NCBI GenBank assembly: GCA_036005845.1
Contig: DASYQD010000039.1
Location: 19,732 to 83,731, forward strand
Length of the DNA stretch: 64,000 nucleotides
Source of the DNA: Thermoanaerobaculia bacterium
GTDB taxonomy: Bacteria; Acidobacteriota; Thermoanaerobaculia; Multivoradales; JAIOJS01
Direction of reading: 5' to 3'
Shown in pieces: positions 28,682-37,676 of this stretch. The translations under genes were made by a program, and so were the position numbers. Position 1 is the first letter of the stretch. Every line of letters begins with the position of its first letter. Under the pieces are notes generated by a model that did not search any database, was not told where the DNA came from, and saw nothing but the letters and a program-made list of their open reading frames with translations.

Positions 28682-29073
28682 AGGGACTGGACACCAACGT
28701 CCTGGTGCGCTACCTCACTCAGGACGATCCGCAGCAGGCCCGGGCCGCCAATGCGGTGATCGCCCGCGCCGTCGAAGAGAGCTCGCGTTTGCGGGTGGAT
28801 GACGTAGTGGTCTGCGAAGTGGTCTGGGTGCTTCGCCATGCGTATCGCTTCGACCGCCGCACGATCTCGTCGACGTTGGACAAGGTCTTGAGCACCGGTC
28901 TCTTCGCCTTCGAGGATCGCGAAAGGCTCCGACAGGCGCTCGACGACTACCGCGGCAGCCGCGGCGATTTCGCGGACTACGTGATCGGGCGGCGAAACCT
29001 CAGCTCCGGCTGCGAGAGCACCGTCACGTTCGACCGAGACCTCGAAAGCAGCCCGGCATTCACGCTTCTCTGA
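28678..29073 (+). CDS. PIN-domain toxin VapC
   Basis: TTG start overlaps the antitoxin stop (TTGA). LDTNVLVRYL (first acidic residue) and ...DFADYVI. 131 aa. Confidence 0.8.
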   Translation: MKGLDTNVLVRYLTQDDPQQARAANAVIARAVEESSRLRVDDVVVCEVVWVLRHAYRFDRRTISSTLDKVLSTGLFAFEDRERLRQALDDYRGSRGDFADYVIGRRNLSSGCESTVTFDRDLESSPAFTLL

Positions 29074-29426
29074 CGTATTACGCTGATTTCGGATGCACAA
29101 ATCGCCATTCGCGGCATCGAAGTGCCGTTGAGCCTCGAGGTGGGCCAAGCGCTTCGCCTCACCGACGACGAGCTGTTCGAGCTCTCCCGGGGCCAAGATT
29201 CGGCGAAACCGGTCGCCCCGCAGGCGGCTCGCGTCGGACTGTAATGGGCACTGGCGGCAGGGGATGTCGCCTCCGGCGGCAGTGGCGCCTCCGCGTCCCC
29301 GCTTGCCCTCGCCGCCCGCCCAGGCCGCTGTCATGCGCGTCCTCGAGAGATCGAAGCTCGCCGTGTTCCTTGAAAAACGCTAGACGCGTCCGTCTCTGAG
29401 TTTGGAGACTAGAAGGAGGACAACCC

Positions 29427-30950
29427 ATGCCTCAGCTCGAGATCCTGGACCGCCTGATCGCAGTGGTTGTGGTCCTGCTTCTGCTCAGTCTTCTCGTGCA
29501 GTCGATCCAAAGTCTGTTCAAGCAACTCATGCGGTTCAAGTCCCGGCAGCTCGAGAGCTCGTTGGTGGACCTATTCGAGGCCGCGCTCGGCCAACAGAAT
29601 GCTGGACGATTCGCCAAGTGGGGTGGCATGTCGTCCCTGCGGCTCGATCGCTGGTCCCTACGCAGCCAGGCCTCGCCCGCAACCCGAGAGCTCGTCAAGC
29701 GGGTGCTCGATCAATTCCGGGCAATCGGCCGCCTGACCGCCACGGCTGGCAACGCCATCGAGTCCCTCGCTAAGGAGGACCTCCTCAAGGTCGTTGGACG
29801 GGTAGCCCCGGACTCGTTCGTCGAGCGATTCACTCACGCCCTCCAACTCGCTTGCGACGAAGCGGTGGGGCTGCGAGCGGCCATGGAAGCGATCCGAATG
29901 GATGACTTGCCGGGCGATGCCAGCGCCGCCTACGCCCGCACGAAACAGGCGCTGTCGCCCATCCTGGCGGACCTGGCAACGCTCCTCTCACCGCCGGCAG
30001 CACCGGCGCCCGGTCAACAAGCTACCCCGCCGGCCGTTCGCGCGGACCTCCTCACTTCCGACATCTTGCGGCTGCGCGACGTGTCCCTGGACGACGTGTT
30101 GCAAGTGCTGGCAGGCGTTCAAAAGACAGTCAGCGAACAGCTGTCGAAAGACGCCGGAAACTTGGCCCTCAAGAGCGTCGAGTCGGGCTTGAAATCGGTC
30201 GCCGCCAGGATCGCTGGGCTGCAGCGCCTGGTAGACGACGCCCTCTCGCCGCTCCGCGCGCGGCTGGCGTCGATCGAGACCTGGTACGACACGGTGATGC
30301 AGGGCTTCGAGGAGCGCCACCATCGCAGCATGAAGGCGTGGGCCTTGGCGATCAGCCTGTTCGTGGTCGTCTTCCTCAACGTCAACCTGCTCGACGTCTA
30401 CCGCACCAGCACCGCCAACGCCACGGAGCTGGCAAAGTACGAGGACCTTGCGGATCGACTACTCGCGCGAGCCGAGAAGCAAAAGCAAGCGGCGATCGAG
30501 CAAGAGAGCAAGTCGGCCGCGACCGACCAAGAGAACAAGCCAGCAAATACCAGCGCTGCCGGCAAGAAGGAGCCAGCGCCCGAGCAGGCGAACCGGCCCG
30601 CGAATGCCGGGGCCGCTGCCAAGAAGGAGTCGACGGAACCAGCGCCCGATCCCCTGCGGGAGGAGATCAACCTCCGGCGGAACGAGATTGCCACCGACTT
30701 GAAGACGGCGAGCACCCTGGGCCTCGGCTGGAGAGCCTGGCCCAGCCTGCCCAAGGACAAGAAGCAACTCCTGGCAGCGGCCAAGCGGATAGGAGTCGGC
30801 TGGTTGCCGGCGGCCTTCCTGGTCTGGCTCGGTGCCCCGTTCTGGCACGACGTTCTCGAAGCCCTGTTCGGGCTCAAGCGCCTCGTCCGCAAGCGGGCCG
30901 ACGTGAAGAACGTCGAAGAGGAAAGCGGCGCCGGTAACCCGCAGCCCTAG
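29427..30950 (+). CDS. Hypothetical membrane protein with a K/E/A/P-rich low-complexity region (lower-GC gene)
   Basis: ATG preceded by AGGAGGA RBS. N-terminal TM helix (LIAVVVVLLLLSLLV), internal TM (WALAISLFVVVFLNV), C-terminal amphipathic region. GC is visibly lower than the neighbours. Confidence 0.6.
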   Translation: MPQLEILDRLIAVVVVLLLLSLLVQSIQSLFKQLMRFKSRQLESSLVDLFEAALGQQNAGRFAKWGGMSSLRLDRWSLRSQASPATRELVKRVLDQFRAIGRLTATAGNAIESLAKEDLLKVVGRVAPDSFVERFTHALQLACDEAVGLRAAMEAIRMDDLPGDASAAYARTKQALSPILADLATLLSPPAAPAPGQQATPPAVRADLLTSDILRLRDVSLDDVLQVLAGVQKTVSEQLSKDAGNLALKSVESGLKSVAARIAGLQRLVDDALSPLRARLASIETWYDTVMQGFEERHHRSMKAWALAISLFVVVFLNVNLLDVYRTSTANATELAKYEDLADRLLARAEKQKQAAIEQESKSAATDQENKPANTSAAGKKEPAPEQANRPANAGAAAKKESTEPAPDPLREEINLRRNEIATDLKTASTLGLGWRAWPSLPKDKKQLLAAAKRIGVGWLPAAFLVWLGAPFWHDVLEALFGLKRLVRKRADVKNVEEESGAGNPQP

Positions 30951-31087
30951 ACCGCGAGGCTCCTGGCAAACGGGGAACAGTCCCGGACCGTGCCGACGCC
31001 GGCCGGGCACGCAAGTGGCCGCGGCCGCCCTGCGGCGACCGCGGCACCTCTGCTTCCGATGGGCGGAGTCCGTCGGCGCGTCAGCAG

Positions 31088-32914
31088 CTAGCGCGCATCA
31101 CTCGCGCCGGGCTTCCCGTTGCCGCCCACGGTCTGCCCCTGCAGGAACCTGGCGAGGAAGACGTCGCCCAGCCCCGCGCTGCCGCCGACGGCGATGTCGG
31201 GGACGAGCTTCATCTTGTTCTCCGACAGCGTGGTGGCGAGCTGCATGGCGGTGTAGCCGCCGGTGCCGACCGCTTCGACGCCGAGCTTGTACGACTCCGC
31301 CCGGGCGACGCCCACCACACGCGTCGCCTCGGCTTCGGCGCCGGCGCGCATGCGGACCGCCGCCGCCTCGGCCTCGGCGCGCTGGCGCAGCGCGCCGGCC
31401 TCACCCTTCGCCGACTCGACGTGCGCCGTCGCCTGGCGCTCGGCGATACGCACCTGCTGCTCGCTGCGCACGACCTCGGCCTGCAGGTTGGCCACCGCCG
31501 TCTCGCGCTCGAGCTCCTGCCGGCGCATCTGTGCCTCGCGCTGCGCCTCGAAGGTGTGGCGCAGCTCGTCGGCGATCTTCCGGTCGGTCTGCGTCTTCAT
31601 CAGCTCGGCCGGCGGCACGATGTCGCCGATCAAGGTGTCGATGCACTCGACGTCGTAGGCCTCGACGGCCTGCCTGATCGCCTCGTACGCCTGCTGCTGG
31701 CGGTCACTCCTGGCGGAGAGGAACTCGAGCACCGTCACCTCCTGCGCCGAGTTGCGGAAGTAGTTGGCGACCGTCGGCTGCAGCACGTGGTCGACGAGGT
31801 TCTGCATCGAGCCGACGCGCGAGATCACCCGCGGCGCGTTGCGCATGCCGATGTGGATGATCTGCGAGACGTCGAGCGAGAAGGCGAAGCCGTCCTTGCT
31901 GCGCACGGTGATCGGCGACAGCCGCTGGTCGTACTGGTGCGCCTCGGTGCGCTGCGCCCAGTTGAGCACGATGTTGGTGGTCGGCACCAGCTCGACCTTC
32001 ATCACCCGGCTATTGAGCGGGTGCTTGCCGGGCAGCAGCGGCTCGATCCACACGCCCTTGCGCCCGCGCTCGACGAGGTCGCCGTGGGTGAAAGTATCGC
32101 CGCTCAAGTCGACGTGCTCGTCGCCGACGTAGCTCACCACCACGCCGACGTAGCCGATCGGCACCTCGGTCATCGCGACGAGCTCGACCTGCACGAACCA
32201 GGGGTTGAGGTTCCACGAGCCGGCGAGCAGGACTTCCTCCTGCAGACCGCGGCAGCCGCCGGCGGCGAGGAACTTCTCACCCGACTGGAAGCTGTCGTGC
32301 CCGGCCACCGTCGGACCGGCGAGGTCGCCGGCCGTGATCGGGCGGCCGTCGAGCGTGGTGACGATGCCCACCTTCTCCGGCGGCACGCGTTGCACCTGCA
32401 GCAGCGCCGGGTCGAGCTCGTGCTGGCGGGCGTTTTTGGCGGTGATCACCTCGAACAGCGCCGGGTTGATGCGGTAGGAACCGGCCGTGAGGAAGGCGAT
32501 CTGGCGGCCGCGCTCGCCGCCCTTCTTGAGGAAGGCCTCGGCGTCCTGGAAGCGGTCGCAGGGCACGTCCTTGGCGAGGATGCGGCCGGGCGGCACGGCG
32601 GCGCCGTCGACCGCCTTGACGAGGGCGATCTCGCCGGCCGGCACCTGCACGAGCGGGACGCGCAGCACCTTGTAGCGCCAGCGCCAGAACCCCCAGTGCC
32701 AGCCGGGAGGCAGTAGGCGCGCCTGGTAGCCGGCCTCGCCGTCGGCGGCGATCAACCGGCCGGGAGGCAGCGCGCGGCCGAACCGCTTGATGACGAGCCC
32801 CGAGAGGTGCTCGGGGATGAAGCGGCTCGAGAGCCACGCCAGGAAGGCGAAGAGCACGATGCCAAGCGAGGCCGTGAAGGCGAGGAAGATCGAAGTAGAG
32901 ACGAACGCGAACAT
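31088..32914 (-). CDS. Flotillin / SPFH (band 7) domain protein
   Basis: N-terminal TM segment, SPFH domain, and a long C-terminal coiled-coil region rich in EA/RQ repeats (EAQMRRQELERETAVANLQAE...), typical of flotillin. Confidence 0.85.
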   Translation of the reverse strand: MFAFVSTSIFLAFTASLGIVLFAFLAWLSSRFIPEHLSGLVIKRFGRALPPGRLIAADGEAGYQARLLPPGWHWGFWRWRYKVLRVPLVQVPAGEIALVKAVDGAAVPPGRILAKDVPCDRFQDAEAFLKKGGERGRQIAFLTAGSYRINPALFEVITAKNARQHELDPALLQVQRVPPEKVGIVTTLDGRPITAGDLAGPTVAGHDSFQSGEKFLAAGGCRGLQEEVLLAGSWNLNPWFVQVELVAMTEVPIGYVGVVVSYVGDEHVDLSGDTFTHGDLVERGRKGVWIEPLLPGKHPLNSRVMKVELVPTTNIVLNWAQRTEAHQYDQRLSPITVRSKDGFAFSLDVSQIIHIGMRNAPRVISRVGSMQNLVDHVLQPTVANYFRNSAQEVTVLEFLSARSDRQQQAYEAIRQAVEAYDVECIDTLIGDIVPPAELMKTQTDRKIADELRHTFEAQREAQMRRQELERETAVANLQAEVVRSEQQVRIAERQATAHVESAKGEAGALRQRAEAEAAAVRMRAGAEAEATRVVGVARAESYKLGVEAVGTGGYTAMQLATTLSENKMKLVPDIAVGGSAGLGDVFLARFLQGQTVGGNGKPGASDAR

Positions 32915-33070
32915 GACTGGGCTCCTTTCTGCGGAGGTCGAAGAGCACCGGTCCTGCCATGGCGTAAGCCTTTGATTTCATTGAGCCTAAATACGGAAGA
33001 ACCGCGCTTGATGAGAAACCTATTGACCGAAACAGCATTACAATGATGCACGATGCGAATGCCCCACACT

Positions 33071-33141
33071 GTCATCGCGAGGAGCGAAGCGACGAAGCGA
33101 TCTCGACGCCGAGATCGCCAGCGCCGCTCCGCGGTCTCGCG

Positions 33142-33146
<5 letters not shown>
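33071..33146. repeat. REP-like palindromic element, locus B, dimer in the opposite arrangement
   Basis: GTCATCGCGAGGAGCGAAGCGACGAAGCGATCTCGA - cgcc - GAGATCGCCAGCGCCGCTCCGCGGTCTCGCGATGAC. It lies in the divergent intergenic region between the flotillin and sigma-54 activator genes. Confidence 0.6.
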
Positions 33147-34497
<1,351 letters not shown>

Positions 34498-34522
34498 GCC
34501 GCCAGCACCTCATCGCGATCGT

Positions 34523-35854
34523 TCAGTTCCAGCACTTCCCATTCGACTGGTCGTTGATGTCGACCCAGAATCGCAATGCCTGGTTGCCGACCCCGCCATA
34601 GGCCTGGAACCCCCATCCCCAACCATCGTGAAACTCAGCCACCCGCCAGTCGGTACCGAACTGTTGCACGCACAGTGCATTCGCCGCGACAAGGGTGGGC
34701 GGCGGGACAACCGGTGCCGTCGTGCCGATCACGCCACCCGACCAGAGACTGTTTTGGTTGGAGTTGTTGACGCCCATCGGCTTCGGGAGTGGGAACCCGT
34801 TACCACTCTTCCGGATGCAAAGCAGCGGCAGGGGCGTCGAGCACGGGGTGTCACCCGTCGTCGGATTGCAGTTGCTGCAGGCCACCCGGACGGTGCCTGT
34901 CGGTGCATTCACTCCGGCGAACGCCCACGTCATCCCCTTTGGCGCGCAGCCCTGGTTCGCCAGTTCGAGTGCGAGCTCGTGTGACCAGGTCGCGCCGACT
35001 GCCGCCTGCGCCTCGATCTGCGGATTCGTGCCGTCCACGTTCGCGCTGCGAATAGTCGCGAACGGCGTCGTACCGTCGGCTGCCGCTGTCCAATAGAGCT
35101 TCTGATGGTAGGTGTCGATCGCGATCTTGCGCGGGTCATAACCGATCGGACCGGGATTTCCGGACGCGGGGTCCTGGAGGACCGTTGTTGCATTCCCCGC
35201 ATCGGCCAGATCGACGGCCGTGATCGCTCCGTATTGCGGCCCCGCTCCTTCGAAACCGACGACGTAGATGCGATCAGCGCAGGTATCGAGCGCGAAGCCG
35301 AAATAGGCGGCGCCCGGAAGCGCGTTCGCAAGCATTTGCGGGGAGGTACCATTCAGGTTCGCTCGACCGATTCTGGTGCCTTTCAGCCAATACAATTTCT
35401 GCTGCGAAGGTCGGAGGTCGAGGGCGACATCGCGAAGTGTCCCGATCGTTGCCGTCGGGATCGGCAGCGCCGACACCGACGGCACGTTCACGTTCGACCG
35501 ATAGATGTGCAGATTGGCTCGATCGTCCCAGTAGATCATCTGCGCGCCTGGATCGATCTCGAGATCGTCGATCCTCTCGTTGCCGACGGTCGTGAGGAGG
35601 TGTACCGGCGTGCCTCCGCTCGAGGGCGCATACCAGATCTTGCCCGGCACGCCGGTGTCGCCCCAATAGACGCGGCCATGGACCGTGTCGACGGCAACCG
35701 GGCCGGCGGCATTCGGCCACATCGTGACGTAAGCGCCGGCGTTGCCTACGTCGCCGCGGCGAACGTGATCGCCGCCCCAGAAAAGGTGGTCAGAGGCAGT
35801 AAGGGCTGGTGCTCCGAAAAACACGATCAAGATGGAAAGGCGGACAGACTTCAT
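34523..35854 (-). CDS. Secreted YWTD/LDL-receptor class-B-like beta-propeller protein (lower-GC, likely horizontally acquired)
   Basis: Signal peptide MKSVRLSILIVFFGAPALTA. Repeated (V/I/L)YW(G/D/T)D blades (VYWGDTG, IYWDDRA, LYWLKG, LYWTAAADG). Cys-rich C-terminal domain. Several 60-nt lines are near 52% GC, against about 70% for the flanks. GGAG RBS. Confidence 0.7.
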   Translation of the reverse strand: MKSVRLSILIVFFGAPALTASDHLFWGGDHVRRGDVGNAGAYVTMWPNAAGPVAVDTVHGRVYWGDTGVPGKIWYAPSSGGTPVHLLTTVGNERIDDLEIDPGAQMIYWDDRANLHIYRSNVNVPSVSALPIPTATIGTLRDVALDLRPSQQKLYWLKGTRIGRANLNGTSPQMLANALPGAAYFGFALDTCADRIYVVGFEGAGPQYGAITAVDLADAGNATTVLQDPASGNPGPIGYDPRKIAIDTYHQKLYWTAAADGTTPFATIRSANVDGTNPQIEAQAAVGATWSHELALELANQGCAPKGMTWAFAGVNAPTGTVRVACSNCNPTTGDTPCSTPLPLLCIRKSGNGFPLPKPMGVNNSNQNSLWSGGVIGTTAPVVPPPTLVAANALCVQQFGTDWRVAEFHDGWGWGFQAYGGVGNQALRFWVDINDQSNGKCWN

Positions 35855-36059
35855 GATCTTTTCTCCGTTTTGAACAGATAGGAATTGCTTCTCGTGAGCT
35901 CAGGTCTACAATCGCCATGGCGAGTTGGTATTCGCGCTCGCGCCGGCGATTTCGACTTGTGCGCTCGAGACTGGTTCGCGCCCGCGCCTCCGCGAGCCGT
36001 GACCGCTCGCGCCGGGCTCGCTCGTGGCGAGCGGGTGCCCAGCGCGCTCCAATCGCTAG

Positions 36060-36173
36060 AAGCGCGCCGTAGCCGTGAGCGGCAGCGACCATGCTGGCGG
36101 CCGCCATCCCCGCCCGGCGGGCACCGTGCGCGCCATGCCTCGCCGGCTCGGCCTCGACTCAGCGGGCCGCTAG
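36060..36173 (+). pseudogene. Degenerate duplicate of the sigma-54 activator 3' end (remnant)
   Basis: Encodes ...[19 protein letters not shown], against the gene end ...[19 protein letters not shown]. Nucleotide similarity extends about 120 nt upstream. An in-frame TAG lies upstream, so the segment is not translatable as a gene. It ends in a CTAG shared with the convergent DUF899 stop. Confidence 0.55.
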
Positions 36174-36874
36174 TACAACAGCTTCGGGTACCACTTCTCG
36201 CCGCGGCCCTCGGGCGTGTAGTCGAAGAGGTTCCACAGCGGCCAGATGGCGTCGACGTGCCTGCCGTCCTGGCCCGGCTCGCTCGGCGCGAAGAGCAGCT
36301 CGGCGGCGTAGGTGTGGAAGACCTTGCCGTCGCGGCGCGAGAAGACGTTGAGCGCCGGCATCTGCGCGCCCTTCGCGTTCTCGCCCTGGTAGTCGCGGTT
36401 GTAGCTGTTGCCGGCCGACGAGAGGAGGCGCATGTGCCGCCAGCCGCGCTCGCGTGCGAGCGCCGCGATGCGCTCGGGCGGCGACTTGGCGACGACGGCG
36501 AGGTTGACGCGGTCGACGACGTGCGGCGCCTCGCCGTCGATGCCGTCGAGGATCGACGTGCACGACGTGCAGGGCCGCTCCATCGCCGGGCCGAACATGT
36601 AGCTGTAGACGATGAGCGTAGCTTTGCCCGGCGCGAAGAGCTCCGACAGCCGCACCTCGCGGCCGGCGACGGCGGCGTCGCCGCCAGCCTCGACGAACAC
36701 GTAGTCCTCAGACACCTCACCGCCGAGCGGCAGCGAGCGCCGCTGCGCCGCCACCGCCTCCTGCTGTCGGCGCAAGTCCATCTCGGCGCGCAGCAGCTCG
36801 TCGCGTGCCGTGCGGTACTCGGGCGACTCGTTGGGGAACCGAATGGCGTGAACGTTGGCGCTGGAGTCGCTCAT
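36170..36874 (-). CDS. DUF899-family thioredoxin-like protein
   Basis: ATG at 36874 gives MSDSSANVHAIRFPNESPEYRTARDELLRAE..., the canonical DUF899 N-terminus. The CxxC-like PCTSCTS motif is present. 234 aa. Confidence 0.8.
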   Translation of the reverse strand: MSDSSANVHAIRFPNESPEYRTARDELLRAEMDLRRQQEAVAAQRRSLPLGGEVSEDYVFVEAGGDAAVAGREVRLSELFAPGKATLIVYSYMFGPAMERPCTSCTSILDGIDGEAPHVVDRVNLAVVAKSPPERIAALARERGWRHMRLLSSAGNSYNRDYQGENAKGAQMPALNVFSRRDGKVFHTYAAELLFAPSEPGQDGRHVDAIWPLWNLFDYTPEGRGEKWYPKLLY

Positions 36875-36921
36875 GACGAGCAGCGTACCCCAGCTCGAAC
36901 GCGCGCATCGCGACGCCGCTG

Positions 36922-37146
36922 CTAGGACGCGCCGCGTCGCGATCGCAGCAGCCAGACCAGCGCGACGATGACGACGACCGCTCCCCCGTCCCAGATACAG
37001 GCGTCGGCAATCGAGTAGCCCGGCATGATGTGCGCGAGGCGCGTGCGATCGATGACGGTCTCCTCGAAGAGGACCCACGAGGTGAGCAGCGTCAGGCCGA
37101 AGCCAACCTGGATCGAAACCGGCATTTCGCGAAACTTTACGGACAT
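36922..37146 (-). CDS. Small membrane protein (74 aa), hypothetical
   Basis: GGGAGG RBS upstream of the ATG. Two hydrophobic segments (VGFGLTLLTSWVLF, AVVVIVALVWLL). Good GC3 bias. Lies upstream of, and co-directional with, DUF899. Confidence 0.45.
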   Translation of the reverse strand: MSVKFREMPVSIQVGFGLTLLTSWVLFEETVIDRTRLAHIMPGYSIADACIWDGGAVVVIVALVWLLRSRRGAS

Positions 37147-37208
37147 GGCGACCTCCCGCGTGAGAGGCTAAACCCGATACCGCGGTAGAGAGTCAAGGAG
37201 GCGGTGCC

Positions 37209-37676
37209 ATGCTGATCGGCAAGCTCGCCAAGACAGCCGGCGTCAACGTCCAGACGTTGCGGTACTACGAACGGATCGGGCTGCTGTGCCCCGATCGCCG
37301 GTCGGCCTCCGGCTATCGGCACTACGACGAGCGGGCCCTGGCGCGCCTCGAGAGGATCAAGCAGGCCCAACGTCTGGGCTTCAGGCTGGCGGAAGTGCGC
37401 ACCATCCTCGCTGCCGACGACGGGTCGATGGTGCGCGTCCTGAGGTCGGCCGCCGAGAAGAAGGCGCGCGAGCTCCAAGCCAGAATCGACGAGCTGCGGG
37501 CGGCGCAGCGCACCTTGCTGGTCGAGCTCGAGCGGTGCCGCTGCGATCAGGGCAGCCCATGCGCGTTCACCGGGCGAACGGGGCACGAGGGCGAAGTGGC
37601 CGCCGTGCCCGCTCCCCTATGGCGTCAGAACCGCGCCGAAGCCGTCAGCCGCAGCGTGCGCGCCGGCAGTCGGTAG
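37209..37676 (+). CDS. MerR-family transcriptional regulator
   Basis: MLIGKLAKTAGVNVQTLRYYERIGLL is the MerR HTH signature. A coiled-coil dimerisation helix and C-terminal Cys pairs (CRC, C) are present. Confidence 0.8.
   Translation: MLIGKLAKTAGVNVQTLRYYERIGLLCPDRRSASGYRHYDERALARLERIKQAQRLGFRLAEVRTILAADDGSMVRVLRSAAEKKARELQARIDELRAAQRTLLVELERCRCDQGSPCAFTGRTGHEGEVAAVPAPLWRQNRAEAVSRSVRAGSR

Noticed and set aside
29100-29240. A short open frame, IRGIEVPLSLEVGQALRLTDDELFELSRGQDSAKPVAPQAARVGL
   Set aside because: It has no start codon and no RBS and is only about 47 codons long. It might be a remnant, as noted in the findings, but is not callable as a gene.
32915-33070. An AT-richer divergent intergenic region with TTGACC ... 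TACAAT hexamers
   Set aside because: The spacing between the hexamers is only about 10 nt, which is not a plausible sigma-70 promoter. I made no promoter call without better evidence.
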